64,000 nt of DNA from an uncultured Chloroflexia bacterium. Lineage in GTDB: Bacteria; Chloroflexota; Anaerolineae; JAAYZQ01. Positions 1 to 11,402 of this stretch are shown piece by piece; position 1 is the first letter of the stretch, and each line of letters opens with the position of its first letter. A program made the translations under genes and the position numbers. The stretch is taken from positions 94,367 through 158,366 of the forward strand of contig CAVPBH010000011.1 in assembly GCA_963701775.1 (NCBI GenBank), given 5' to 3'. The notes under the pieces were generated by a model, which saw only the letters and a list, made by a program, of their open reading frames with translations, was not told the origin of the DNA and ran no database searches.

Positions 1-534
1 TCGGTCGGCTGGGCACAGTGTAGTTGACAAAGAGATCGCCGACGAAGGCATCGCCGTCGGGCGTGAGGACCGCCAGCGAGCCCGGGGCATGGCCGGGCAC
101 GCGCACGACCTGCGCCTCGACACCATAGGATGAGAGGTCGGCGCCCTCGTCGAGCAGGACGTCGGCCTCCAACGGGGTGTAGGACAGAGGCCGGAGCGAA
201 GTGCAGATAGGCCCGCCGGATCAGGTCACCGCGCAGCGGTTTGGCCCGGCGGGAGGGCGTTTCGGCGCACCTGGGTGAAGGCCGGCTCGCCGCGAAAGGC
301 GGCGACGGGTGCCCGGCACCATGCCTTGACCGCCGGCACACCTCCAAAGTGATCCAGGTGCCCGTGGGTGACCAGGATGAGGTCGATCTCCTCGGGAGCG
401 ATGCCCGCCTGGGCCGCGCCGGCGGTGACGAGCGACGCGCTGCGTGGTGGGCCGGGATCGATCAGGATCGTCCCCTCCGCACCGCGCAGCAGGTAGCAGT
501 TGGTCTCGCGGACGACGATGCGCTCGATATGCAT
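1..534 (-). CDS. MBL-fold metallo-hydrolase; 3' end runs off the window; frame broken about twice (near 232 and 183)
   Basis: ORF 226..639 carries the HxHxDH zinc motif (LVTHGHLDHFGG). ATG 534 follows a GAGGG Shine-Dalgarno. Protein-like sequence continues in the other two frames (RGDLIRRAYLHFAPA; YTPLEADVLLDEGADL..VRVPGHAPGSLAVLTPDGDAF) down to position 1. Confidence 0.7.
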
Positions 535-619
535 GTTTCCCTCGCTAGGCCGGGCGTAGACGCCCGGGCAGGGGCGTCTAGACGGAGGAGGAGCTGAGGC
601 GCAATGATGACAGTACGAG

Positions 620-648
620 TTGACAGGAAGCGGGGGCAATGATATACT
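620..648 (+). promoter_or_regulatory. sigma-70-type promoter, TTGACA-17-TATACT
   Basis: TTGACA 620-625, 17-nt spacer, TATACT 643-648, read directly. It lies upstream of the sugar-binding-protein gene, implying a leader of about 190 nt. Confidence 0.6.
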
Positions 649-845
649 CTGTCTGTGGCTTGTTATATCAGCTTGGCAGCTCCTGTTCTTGACGGGCAGC
701 CAGTGCAGGCAGGCCGGTACTGCGGCGAAGGCCCTGCCGCAGAAAGGAGGGTAGCAGACATCGACTCTTCATCTTCCTCGCAGTGGTTGGCTTTGACCAA
801 CCAAAGTCAGCCGACATTCGTCTGCATTCCAAGGAGGGGAATACC

Positions 846-2276
846 ATGTTTGCGAAGCAATCTATGTTTGCCGTTCTCGTCTTGGCCATGGTCGTGGGGC
901 TGGCCGGCTGCGGCGCGACCCCCCGAAACTATTCCTTCAGACCGTGGAGGAGTCCCCAAGACGGTCACCGTCCTCCAGACCGTGGAGGTCGAAAAGAACC
1001 ATGTGCAGGTCCCGGTGGAAGTTACGAAGGTAGTCGAAGTTGAAGAAGGAAGTACCCGTCGAGGTTGACGAATCGCGCTGGCTTACGGGCGCTTCCTGCG
1101 CATGTCGTTGCGCGGCCCGGCCCAGGCGCCCTTCGACGCCATTCGTCAGGCAGTGGCTGCCAAGTACCCCAACATCGACGTGCAGCTCAACCTGTGCCCG
1201 ACTCGATGAACGCTTGGCACGATGCCCTCGCCATTTGACTGATCTCAGCCGAGGATCCCACCGTGGACATCTATGGCATGGACACGCCGTGGGTGAAGGA
1301 ATTCGGCAAGGCGGGCTGGGCAGTCCCCCTGAACGACAAGGTACCGGAGCTGGCGAACCTCGAGCCATGAGGCCTCGACGTCTTCTCCTACGACGGCCAA
1401 TGGCTCGGGCGTGCCCTTCTGGGGCAGCCTGAGCGGCCTCTTCTACCGGAAGGACCTGGTGGAGCAGGCCGGGTTTGCAGCCGCCCGAGACATTCGACGA
1501 CCTGACCGCGATCGCGGAGAAGGTCATGGCGGCCAACCCGGACATGTCGGGGTTCCTGTGGCCGGGCGCCAAGGACGAGGCGCTGGTGATGGTGTGGGCC
1601 TCGATGCTGTACGGCTTCGGGGGCAAGTACTTTGACGATGCCGGCAAGTGCGCAGTCAACTCGCCGGAGGGTGTCGGCAGCCAGTCGAGTACCTGGTCAA
1701 TGCCCTGGAGACCGGGATGTCGCCCGCAGAGACAACTGCGTGGACGCCAGGAAGAGGCCCGCACTCGGTTTGCCGGTGGCAACGGGCTCTTCCTGTACAG
1801 CAACGCGGACATGGTCAATTGGCTGGACAACCCCGGAGAAATCCGCGATTGCCGGCAAGTGGGGGCTCATTCCGCCGCCTGCCCAGCCAGGCGGGCGCAA
1901 GCTCGGGCATCACGGGCGGCTTTGCCTTTGCCGTCAACCCGTTTACCGACAACATGGACGAAGCGCTGAAGGTGATGGACGTAATCGCCAGGCATGGAAG
2001 TTCAGAAGGCGTTTGCCATCGCCTGGGGCCCGGTGCAGTACTACAAGGGGCTGTATGACGATCGCGGACATCCAGGAAGCCAACGCCAACTCGGGCGCCA
2101 TCGGTGCCATCCTTTCGTCGGCGATGAACCGGCCGCCGAGCAGCAACTATGCAGAAGTATCGACCATTCTCCAGGAGGAGATTCACTCCGCGCTCACCGG
2201 CATCAAGCCGGTGCAGCAGGCTCTCGACGATGCCTGTGTGAGGGATCGACGAGGTAGAGTCACAGTAGACGTGTGA
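846..2276 (+). pseudogene. ABC sugar transporter substrate-binding lipoprotein, heavily frameshifted
   Basis: ATG 846 follows AAGGAGGGG. Lipoprotein signal MFAKQSMFAVLVLAMVVGLAGC. Binding-protein-like segments are scattered over all three + frames (VDIYGMDTPWVKEFGKAGWAVPLNDK; ETFDDLTAIAEKVMAANPDMSGFLWPGAKDEALVMVW; ITGGFAFAVNPFTDNMDEALKVMD; NYAEVSTILQEEIHSALTGIKPVQQALDDA). Confidence 0.75.
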
Positions 2277-2364
2277 CCAGCGGGCTTTGGGGCCAGCGGG
2301 CACAGCCTGGAGCCTCAAAGCCCGCCCTTTCTGCCCGGCAAGTTTCCGAGCGCGAGGGAGTTAC

Positions 2365-3269
2365 GTGAGATCGAGAATCGGCCTGCGGGAGCCGGCGATC
2401 GCCGCTCTGTTCCTTGTCCCGGCGTTCGCCGGGCTGCTGATCTTCTTGTACTACCCGATCGTGCAGACCGTCATATACAGCTTTTTCCACCTGGATCACT
2501 CGACCAGGTGGCTGGAGGCGCCCTTTATCGGGCTGAAGAACTACCAGGACGTGCTGCGCAGCGAGCCAGTTCTGGTCTTCGCTGCGCTTCACACTCATCT
2601 TCACGGTGTCGTCGGTATTCCTACAGTTCTGGATCGGAATGGGATTGGCCATGGCTACCTTCTGGGTGATTCCCAAGCTGCGCGGGGTGCTGCGCGCGAT
2701 CATCATCATACCCTGGGCAATCCCGCAGATAATCCAGGCCTCCATGTGGAAGTGGCTGTACAACACCGATGTGGGACTGATCGGCGACCTTCTGACCAAG
2801 GCTAGGGCTGGTCGACAAGCCGCCTCTCTTCCTGGCGGACCCACACCTGGCGACCATGAGCGTGATCCTCGGCACAGGTATGGAACGCCTCGGCCATTAC
2901 CGCCATCTTTCTCATGGCTGGGTTGGCTGGGGTACCCGATCACCTGCACGACGCAGCCAAGATGGACGGGGCGCGTGCCTGGATGCGCTTCTGGCACGTG
3001 ACGCTGCCGATGATGATGCCACGATCCTGGTGATATTGCTCTTCCGGACGATGGACGCGCTGCGGGCGTTTGACGTCATCTACGGCCTGACCGGCGGTGG
3101 TCCGGGCACGACGACGGACGTATTGAGCTCCTTCGCCTACAAGTACTACTTCAAGTTCGTCAAGTTCGGCGCCGGATCGGCGTATGCCATGGTCGCCTTT
3201 GTGCTGGTGATGATCTTGAGCTTCATCTATATCAAGAGAATTCAGCCACACCTGGCCTTCAGGAGGTGA
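2365..3269 (+). pseudogene. ABC sugar transporter permease (MalF/UgpA-like), about 3 frame breaks
   Basis: GTG 2365 follows GAGGGAG. Segments in three frames: AIAALFLVPAFAGLLIFLYYPIVQTVIYSF; FWIGMGLAMATFWVIPKLRGVLRAIIIIPWAIPQIIQASMWKWLYN; and the EAA-loop region DAAKMDGARAWMRFWHVTLPMMMP..LLFRTMDALRAFDVIYGLTGGGPG. Confidence 0.75.
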
Positions 3270-3274
3270 GTGGA

Positions 3275-4116
3275 GTGAAACGCCCGCGCGCCAAGTGGAC
3301 TCACACCCTCCTTTCGCTGGTGGTCCTTGCCGCCATCGCCGTGTACTGCCTCTTTCCTCTCTACTGGATCGTGATCACGTCGTTCAAGCTGCCCGGCAGC
3401 GAGTTCACACTGCCGGTCGAGTATTGGCCGCGGCGGTTTTCGCTGGAGAGTTACCGGATCATCCTTGGGCCTGACTTCCGCGTCCAGAACGCCATCAAGA
3501 ACAGCCTGATCGTCTCTAGCTGCGTGACGGCCGGGTCGCTCTTCATCTGCTCATTGTCGGCCTACTCGATCGCGCGGCTGAGGTTCAAATACCGGTTCCA
3601 ATCGCTGATCGCAATCCAGGCGGCGGGCATGGTCCCCGCGATCGTGACCATCGCGCCGACGTTCATCCTGGTGCGCTCACTTGGGCTGCTCGGCGACTTG
3701 GAAGGGATGATCCTGCCAAACATCGTCTACAACATCCCGCTAGGCACCTTCCTGATGGCCGCCTACTTCGCTGGCTTCACTCGAGCTGGAGGATGCCGCC
3801 AAGATGGATGGCTACGCTCCGTTTTCGATCTTCCGGCAGGTGATCATGCCGCTCGCCGCTCCCGGGCTCTTCGCGGCGGGGGTGATCGCCTTTCTCGGCT
3901 CATGGGGCGAGTTCATGCTCGCTTTCACAATCAGCATGGGCCTGCCAAAGGCCCAGACGGTGCCAGTAGCGATCCTGGGCTTGAGCCAGCAGTTCCAGCT
4001 CCAGTGGGCATGGGTATCGGCTGGGATCGTGCTTTCGCTGATCCCGGTGATCGTGATCGTTCGTCTTTCAGAAGTGGGTGCTCAAGGGGCTGACGACCGG
4101 TGCCCTCAAGTACTAG
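3275..4116 (+). pseudogene. ABC sugar transporter permease (MalG/UgpE-like), about 2 frame breaks
   Basis: AGGAGG 3261-3266 followed by GTG 3275. ORF 3266..4093 reads LFPLYWIVITSFK..ILPNIVYNIPLGTFLMAAYFAGF. After a shift near 3780 it continues LEDAAKMDGYAPFSIFRQVIMPLAAPGLFAAGVIAFLGSWGEFMLAF. The last shift gives ..FQKWVLKGLTTGALKY then TAG 4114-4116. Confidence 0.75.
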
Positions 4117-4143
4117 TCTCCGACGCTGGAGAGGTATGGGCAA

Positions 4144-5223
4144 ATGGCGCAGGTGCGGATCGAAGAGGTAACGAAAAGGTTCGGCAACGTCACGGCCGTC
4201 GACAGCGCATCGCTCGTCTTCGCCGACAGCCAGCTCACCGTCATGGTCGGCCCTTCGGGATGCGGCAAGACCACTCTTCTGCGGATGATTGCCGGACTCG
4301 AGCTGATGGCTCCATCTACCTGGGCGACAGGGTCATCAACGACGTCCCGCCGTGGGAACGGAACATCGCCATGGTGTTCCAGAGCTATGCCCTCTATCCT
4401 CACAAGTCGGTCGCCGACAACATTGCCTTCCCGCTGCGGACGAGAGGGGTGAAGAAGGCAGAGCGCAAGCGCATGGTCGAGCAGGTGGCGGCGCTCGCTG
4501 GACATCGTCTGGCTTGCTGCACCGCAAGCCGCGCGAGCTATCGGGCGGCCAGATGCAGCGGGTCGCGCTGGGCCGGGCCATCGTCCGCAAGCCCGAGGTA
4601 TTCCTCATGGACGAGCCTCTGTCGAACCTGGACGCCAAGCTGCGCGTGGAGATGCGCGCCGAGCTCAAGCGCTTGCAGAAGGACCTGGGGGTGACGACCA
4701 TCTACGTTACGCACGACCAGGCAGAAGCCATGACGATGGGCGACACGCTGGTTGTGATGAGGCACGGCCAGATCCAGCAGGTGGGCGCGCCCGAGGCCTG
4801 TCTACCTGCATCCGAGCAACGTCTTTGTAGCCGGCTTTATCGGCAGCCCGGCCATGAACTGCATCCGCTGCCAATACATCGCCGCTGAAGACACACTCGA
4901 TTCGCCGGCGTTCTCCTGCCGGGTGCCGGAGCAATACGGCCATCCGCTGCGGCAGCACCCCCGTCGCAACCTGATACTTGGGATCAGACCCGAGGACCTC
5001 TTGGTAGAGACCGAGTACACCGCCGCTGCCAAGCCGGCGCGTGTCTATGTCTCGGAGCCCATGGGCAAAGAGACGCTGCTCACGGTGGACGCCAACGGCA
5101 CCCTGCTCAAGGCCACCACCCCCCCCAGCTCCGCCTTTCGATCGGCGATCCTTGTGTGGCTCCGATTCGACGAGCGTGCCGTGCGGCTGTTCGACGAGGA
5201 CACCGAGCGGCGATCGCCCCTGA
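4144..5223 (+). pseudogene. ABC sugar transporter ATP-binding protein (MalK/UgpC-like), about 4 frame breaks
   Basis: Walker A GPSGCGKTT (ORF 4144..). Signature and Walker [33 protein letters not shown] (ORF 4352..). C-terminal regulatory domain in ORF 4854.. (NLILGIRPEDL..VYVSEPMGKETLLTV..RLFDEDTE). The 3' end is approximate. Confidence 0.75.
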
Positions 5224-5263
5224 CGTGCCGCAGGCGCCTGCCGAAGGATTGGAGAAAGAGCGA

Positions 5264-8156
5264 GTGGCAACCGACGCGCACGCGCCCGGCGCAGGGCTGG
5301 ATATCGTCGTCGTTTCCCACTCGCACTGGGACCGCGAGTGGTACCGGCCTTTCCAGGCCTTCCGGCTGCGCCTCGTCGAGATGATGGACGCGGCCATCGA
5401 CACCATGGCCACACGCCCTAACCTGGCACACTTCCTGCTTGATGGGCATCTATTCCTGAGAGGACTACCTGGCACTGCGCCCCGAGCGCGAAGCCGCCCT
5501 GCGCAGCCTTCTCGAGGGCGGCAGGTCGAGCGCCCGACCCTGGTACGTGCAGCCCGACGAGTTCCTGGCCTCGGGCGAGGCCCTGATCCGCAACCTGCTC
5601 CTGGGCATCCGGATCGCAAAGGAGCTGGGCGGGACGACCAGGGACAGCTGGCTGCCAGACACCTTCGGGCATGCCGCACAATTGCCGCAGATCCTGCGCG
5701 ACTTCTCCATCAAGACCTTTGTTTTCAGTCGTGGCCTGGGCGATCACCTGGAGGTGCCGACGCTCGAGTTCTGGTGGGAGGCGCCCAACGGTGACCGCGT
5801 GCTGGCACTGCACCAGGCTGGCGGGTACTGGAATGCCGGCAACCTGGGCTACCCATCCTTCTGGGGAGACACCAGGGGGATACCGCCGGATCCCCGCGCT
5901 GGCCCTGGCACAGATCCGAGCGTTGGCGGGGCAGCTCGGGCCGCAGGCCTCGACCTTCGTCATTGGCGCCTGGAATGGGGCGGACCATATGCCGCTCCAG
6001 GCATCGCTCCCCGGCCTGATTGTGTATGTGAACGAGCACCTGGAAGGCTGCCGGGTTCGCCAGGGAAGCATCCAGGACTATGCGCGTGCGGTCTTGGCAG
6101 CCGAGCCCCGCCTGCCGGTTGTGCGCGGTGAGCTGAGAGGGTCGCGCTACCAGGCACTGCTCTACTCGACGCTGTCGAGCCGCATCTATCTGAAGCAGGC
6201 GAACCACCGGATCCAGCGCCTGCTGGAGCGGCAGGCAGAGCCACTGGCAGCCATGGCTTGGCTCGCAGGTCAGCGCTATCCCGCTGCGCAGCTTCGAGAA
6301 GCATGGCGGCTGCTGCTTCAGAACCAGGCCCACGACAGCATCTGCGGGTGCGGAATCGACGACATCCACCGGGAGATGGTGAGCCGGTTTGACCAGGCGG
6401 AGCAGATTGGGAATGCGGTTCGCGAGGAGTCACTCCAGGCGCTGGCCGGGCAGGTCGAGCGCGGCGTGCCCGAGCCCGGCTCATTGCCGCTACTGGTCTT
6501 CAACCCCCTTGGCCGGGAGCGGAGCGAGATTGTCGATTTGACCCTTCGGCTGCCTGGGCGCCGCCCCGGCTACGTTGTGACCGGCGCAGACGGCGGCGAG
6601 GAGCCGGTACAGGTGCTGTCGTGCCACTCCGAGCCCTACCCCTGGCTGGACCTGAACGCTGACGGCCGCCGTCATCCGCTCACGGAGCCTGGTTCTGGCG
6701 CGAGTGCACCATGGCGCTCGACGGGCTGGACCTGGCAGCCTACGAGTGGCGGGAGTCAGACGCCGGAGTTGAGCTCCATCTGTGGCTGGCTGAGCGGGCA
6801 GCGGGCAGCGGCGAGACGACGGCGCGGCTGGTCGCGGAAGTGGAACGGCTGCCGGGGGCAACGCGAGTGCACGAGACCGCGACCTACACCGCCGTCCACC
6901 TTGCCTTCTCCGTCCGCGTACCAGCATGCGGCTACGCGGTCTACCGGCTGGAGGCGCGCGACGGCCCCCGAGTCCCGATTGCCGTCCGCACCGGCGAGAA
7001 CTGGCTCGAGAACGAGCTGTTGCGCATCGAGATTGGCGCCCAGGGTCTGGTCGACGTGACTGACAAGAGGACGGGCCGCACGCTGCACGGCCTGCACCGG
7101 GTCGAGGACGTGGGAGACGCCGGCGATCTGTACGACTTCTGTCGGGTCTCGGCGCCGGACCCAGGCGCCGTGCTCGAGGAGTGCTCGTGCACCCCAGGTG
7201 TGTCACGGCAGCGGGCTGATCGCCGAGCTGCGCCTTGCCACCCTGTACAGCGTGCCGGCGTCCCTGGCGCCCGAGGGCCTCAGCCGCTCGGCGCAGCAGG
7301 TCCCGCTCCCGATCTCGACACTGCTGCGGCTGCGTGCCGGATGCCCATGCGCTAGAGATCGTTTCCACAGTGGAAAACCAGGCGCGCGACCACCGGCTGC
7401 GCCTCCTCTTCCCGGCGGGCGCGTGCCGCGCAGCCCTTCACGCGGACGGCCAGTTCACGATTGTATCTCGCGCGCCGACTCCGAATCGTGAGCATCGAAT
7501 GGTGCCAGCCGCCGTCCGGCATTGCACCGCACCACACCTGGTTTGGGACGGACAACGGGGAATGTGGGCTGGCCATCTTGAGCGAGGGACTCCCCCGAGC
7601 ACGAAGGCGTCCCCGGAGAGGGTGGCCTCGAACTGGCGTTGACCCTGCTGCGCGGCGTGGGCGAGCTGTCGCGCGGCGACCTGAGGACGCGACCTGGGCA
7701 GGCGGGGCCATGTCGTCCGACCCCGGACGCCCAATGCCCGGGAACTCACACCTTTCGCTACGCATTCCTGCCCTACGCGGGCGACGTGTTGGAGGCGGGC
7801 ATCCCGCGTATGGCGGCCGAGTTCGACTCCTCCCGCTCGTCCGGCCCGTGCCGCCGGGGCACGGGCCACTGCCCGCCTCGCTGAGCCTGGTGACTCTGAC
7901 GGGTGCCCACCTGGAGCTGACGTCGCTCAAGCGCAGCGAAGAGGAAGGCTGCCTGGTCGTGCGCTTCTACAATGACGGGCAGAGTGCGACGCTGGGCAAG
8001 ATCGACTTTGGCCTGCCCATGCGCAGGGTGCACAAAGCGACGGCCGAAGAGCAGCGACTGGGCCGGCTTGACCCCGCCGAAGGAGGGTACGCCCTAGAGG
8101 TGCAACCGGGTGAGCATCTTCACGCTGCTTGCGGAGCTGGGCCTGGCAGCCTGTGA
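5264..8156 (+). pseudogene. GH38-family alpha-mannosidase, at least 9 frame breaks
   Basis: GTG 5264 follows GGAG. N-terminal VVVSHSHWDREWY and WLPDTFGH motifs. Long collinear segments in ORFs 5156.., 5547.., 5671.., 6711.., 7235.., 7461.. (LLLQNQAHDSICGCGIDDIHREM; RVEDVGDAGDLYDF; IVSTVENQARDHRLRLLFP). The 3' end is uncertain (8156 or 8187). Confidence 0.75.
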
Positions 8157-8167
8157 AAGAGGGAACG

Positions 8168-9338
8168 ATGGCATGGACCTCGCGTAGGCGGCTGCTGGGC
8201 GGCACTCAACCGTGGCGTGCCGGACCGGGTGCCGGCGACCACGCACCACCTGATGCCCTACTTCCTAGACAAGTACCTGGGCTGCGCGTCGGAGGTCGGG
8301 TTCTTTGACCACTTTGGGCTGGATGCAATCCGCTGGACCTCGCCGGTGAAGCCGGGTCGCGGCCAACGCCTGGTGCCCTGTCCCCTGATGCCCGATTTGC
8401 AGGGCCAAGAGATCGTCAGCGACGACTGGCGCATCGAGCACGAGGATCTGCCGGGCCAGGCCTACCCCACGCGGCGCTTCCACGTTGCGACGCCCAGGGG
8501 AACGCTGACGACAAGCATCGCTTATGGCGAGCATACAACCTGGCAGGTGGAGCCTCTGATCAAGGCCAAGTCCGACATCGACCTGATTGCCGAGTTTGCG
8601 CCCGCCGTTTTGTGTGATGTGGAAGCAGTCAACCGCGCCGCCCGGGAGTTCGGCGAGAGGGGGATCGTACGGGGGGCAATTGTGTCGTTTCCCCTGCATG
8701 GCCAGCCTGGCTGCTGGCAGGATGCTGCGTGCCTGGCAGGCATCGAACGGCTCATACTCGAGACGTTCGACGATCCTGGCTGGGTACATGCGCTGCTCGG
8801 CATCCTGCAGCGGCGAAAGGCCGAGTACATCCGGTCACTTTCCGGGGCTCGCTATGATCTTCTGGAGTTGGGGGGCGGCAGCGCGTCGACGACCGTGATC
8901 TCGCCACGTATCTTTGCCCGTTTTGTGGCACCCTACGACGGCGCGCTGATCGCCCTCGCGCACGAGGTGGGCCAGCGGATCGTGTACCACACGTGCGGCG
9001 GAATGATGCCGATCCTCGAAGCCATTGCCGACATGCAGCCCGATGCCATGGAGACCTTCACGCCACCGGATATGGGGGGCGACGTGGACTTGGCAGAGGC
9101 GAAACGGCGCATCGGCGACCGGGTATGCATGATCGGCGGGCTAGACCAGTTCCATAGCCTATGGGGCTGCTCACCGGAGGAGACCCGGCGCGCCGTGAGA
9201 CGATGTTTCGACCAGGCGGGCGGGCAAGGGGGGTACATTCTGGCACCGTCTGACCACTTCTTCGACGCAGACCTGGCGCTTGTTGCTGCCTTTGCAGACG
9301 AGGCACAGCGCTGCGTGTACGTCGGCGGGCAGGAGTAG
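8168..9338 (+). CDS. Uroporphyrinogen-decarboxylase (URO-D) family protein; one frameshift near 8197-8199
   Basis: ORF 8217..9338 (373 aa) has URO-D-like blocks (RIVYHTCGGMMPILEAIADM..METFTPPDMGGDVDL..GGYILAPSDH). ATG 8168 follows AGAGGGA and reads MAWTSRRRLL. Deleting one G from the GGG at 8197-8199 joins it to AALNRGVPDRVP. Confidence 0.7.
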
Positions 9339-9399
9339 CTCAAGCTTCACATCCCGGCAAGCCGGGGACGCCCGGCTGGGTACGCCGATGAGCGCAACT

Positions 9400-9428
9400 T
9401 TGTCGGGAGGGAAGTCATGGGGTATAAT
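9400..9428 (+). promoter_or_regulatory. sigma-70-type promoter, TTGTCG-17-TATAAT
   Basis: Read directly. AGGAGG 9435-9440 and ATG 9446 follow, so the leader is very short. Confidence 0.5.
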
Positions 9429-9445
9429 GGCAGCAGGAGGAGACC

Positions 9446-9844
9446 ATGCGCTGGCTCTATCTGCTGCTGCTCGCCCTCCCGGCGGCCGTAGGCGGCTGGT
9501 GGGGAGTGTACAACGTCGCAACCAAGCAACACCCTGCGGGCGAAGCCCTCCCCCGCTTCTACGGCTTGCTGGCGCTGGCCGCAGCCGGCACACTGGCCCC
9601 GGGCATCGCCTACCTCAATCGCCGCTTCCTTTCCCCTGACGCTTTCCGGCACTACCGCTGGCGGCCGCTCCGGCAGGCGGCCTGGTGCGGGCTCTGCCTG
9701 GCCTCGTGGGCATGGCTGCAGCAATACCGCGAGTTCAAGTTCATCTACGCCATCTTCATCGCCCTCGTCTTTGTCGCGCTGGAGCTGCTCTGCCAGAGGC
9801 TGTTCCGGGGCAAGCCGCACAAGGAAGGCTCGCATGGAGATTGA
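9446..9844 (+). CDS. Small integral membrane protein (about 4 TM), unknown function; overlaps the selA start
   Basis: 132-aa ORF with hydrophobic segments (LYLLLLALPAAVGGWWGV; GLLALAAAGTLAPGIAY; AAWCGLCLASWAWL; FIYAIFIALVFVALELL). It has its own SD and overlaps the selA ATG by 11 nt. Confidence 0.5.
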   Translation: MRWLYLLLLALPAAVGGWWGVYNVATKQHPAGEALPRFYGLLALAAAGTLAPGIAYLNRRFLSPDAFRHYRWRPLRQAAWCGLCLASWAWLQQYREFKFIYAIFIALVFVALELLCQRLFRGKPHKEGSHGD

Positions 9845-11217
9845 CCAGGCACTGCGCAGGCTGCCAAGCGTCGACCGGCTCCTCCAGGAGGAGGCCGTGG
9901 CGCGGCTGGCGGAGCGCTGGGGGCATGAACTGACCGTGGGGGCGGCCCGCGAGGCGCTGGACGCTGCCCGGGCTTCGATCCGGGCAGGAGACGCGGCCCC
10001 GTCACTTGCCGGCTTGGCCGAAGAAGTGGGCACGCGGCTGGCTGCACGGCTCCGGCCGACCCTGCGCCCCGTCATCAACGCCACCGGCGTCATCATCCAT
10101 ACGAATCTGGGCCGGGCGCCCTTGAGCGCCGAAGCGCGGGCGGCGGTGGACGCGGTGGCGCTGGGTTACTCGAACCTGGAATACGACCTGGACTCGGGCG
10201 GCCGCGGCTCGCGTTATGTCCATGCGGAGGAGCTTGCTCTGCCGGCTGACGGGCGCCGAGGCGGCGTTGGTGGTCAACAACAACGCCGCGGCCGTGCTGC
10301 TGGTGCTGATGGCATTCGCCCGCCGGATGGAAGTCGTCATCTCGCGCGGGCAGCTCGTCGAGATCGGCGGTGGCTTTCGCATCCCCGACGTCATGCGCCA
10401 GAGCGGCGCGTCGCTGGTCGAGGTGGGCACGACGAACCGCACCTATTTGCGCGACTTTCAGCAGGCGATCACCCAGGACACCGTGGCACTGATGCGCGTC
10501 CATCACAGCAACTTTCGCCTGAGCGGCTTTGTCCACGAGCCAACGCTCGCCGAGCTGGTCGGCCTGGCCCGTGAGCAGGAGCTGCTGGTGATCGACGACC
10601 TGGGCAGCGGGACCCTGCTGGACACCGCGGCCTACGGGCTGGCGCACGAGCCGACGATCCAGGAGAGTGTCGCGGCGGGGGCATCGCTCGTGACCTGCAG
10701 CGGCGACAAGCTGCTGGGCGCGACGCAGGCGGGAATTGTGCTCGGGCAGGCGGACCTCATCGCGCAGCTCAAGCACTTTCCGCTGACGCGGGCGCTGCGG
10801 GTGGACAAGGGCACGCTCGCCGGGCTCCAGGCAACGCTGCGCCACTACCTGCTGGGTGAAGCGCCCGAGAAGGTGCCGGTGTGGCGGATGATAGGCCGGG
10901 ATGAGCAAGGTCTGCGGGAGCAGGCCGTCGCCTGGACGCGCCGGCTGCTGGAGCTGGGTGTCGGGGCCGAGCCGGTGCCGGGGCGCTCGACGGTGGGCGG
11001 CGGGAGCCTTCCGGGGGAGACGCTGCCGACCTGGCTGGTGGCGGTAGCCGGCGCCGGGGGCATGGGGCCGGATGCGATGGCGGCACGGCTGCGGGGCGGC
11101 ACGCCGGCGCTCGTGGCGCGCATCGAGAACGACCGCTTGGTGCTGGACCCGCGCACGGTGCTCCCGGAACAGGAGGCGGAGGTGCCCGAGCTGGTGGCGC
11201 GGGCGGTGCAGGCGTAG
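9834..11217 (+). CDS. selA: L-seryl-tRNA(Sec) selenium transferase; one frameshift near 10232-10240
   Basis: ATG 9834 follows AAGGAAGG. N-terminal segment MEIDQALRRLPSVDRLL..INATGVIIHTNLGRAPLS..YSNLEYDL..RYVHAEE joins ORF 10216.. (LCRLTGAEAALVVNNNAAAVLL..GGGFRIPD..CSGDKLLG with the PLP lysine). Confidence 0.85.
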
Positions 11218-11259
11218 TGAGCTCGCCCGAAAGGCCTGCCAGGGCGACTGAAGCAGAAA

Positions 11260-11305
11260 CACCCTCACCCCAACCCTCGCCCTGCGAGGGAGAGGGCGAA
11301 GAGGC
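11260..11305 (+). repeat. Copy 1 of a roughly 45-bp GC-rich hairpin repeat (CACCCTCACCCC..CCCTCnCCC-N4-GGGAGAGGG..GAAG)
   Basis: caccctcaccccaaccctcgccctgcgagggagagggcgaagaggcc, between selA and murJ. A second, degenerate hairpin (CCTCCCC-N10-GGGGAGG) lies at 11352-11375. Confidence 0.7.
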
Positions 11306-11402
11306 CCCCCAAGAGTCCCGCGCGCCGCGGCAGCGTGGAGGCTCGGTTCCCCCTCCCCTGTCGCAACGGGGGAGGCAGGGTGGGGGTGACACGGCGCAAG
11401 TA

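Noticed and set aside
11217-11402. The annotated-length murJ start at 11217.
   Set aside because: These 62 codons translate two intergenic hairpin repeats (PSPQPSPCEGEGE..). MurJ-like sequence begins at GTG 11403.
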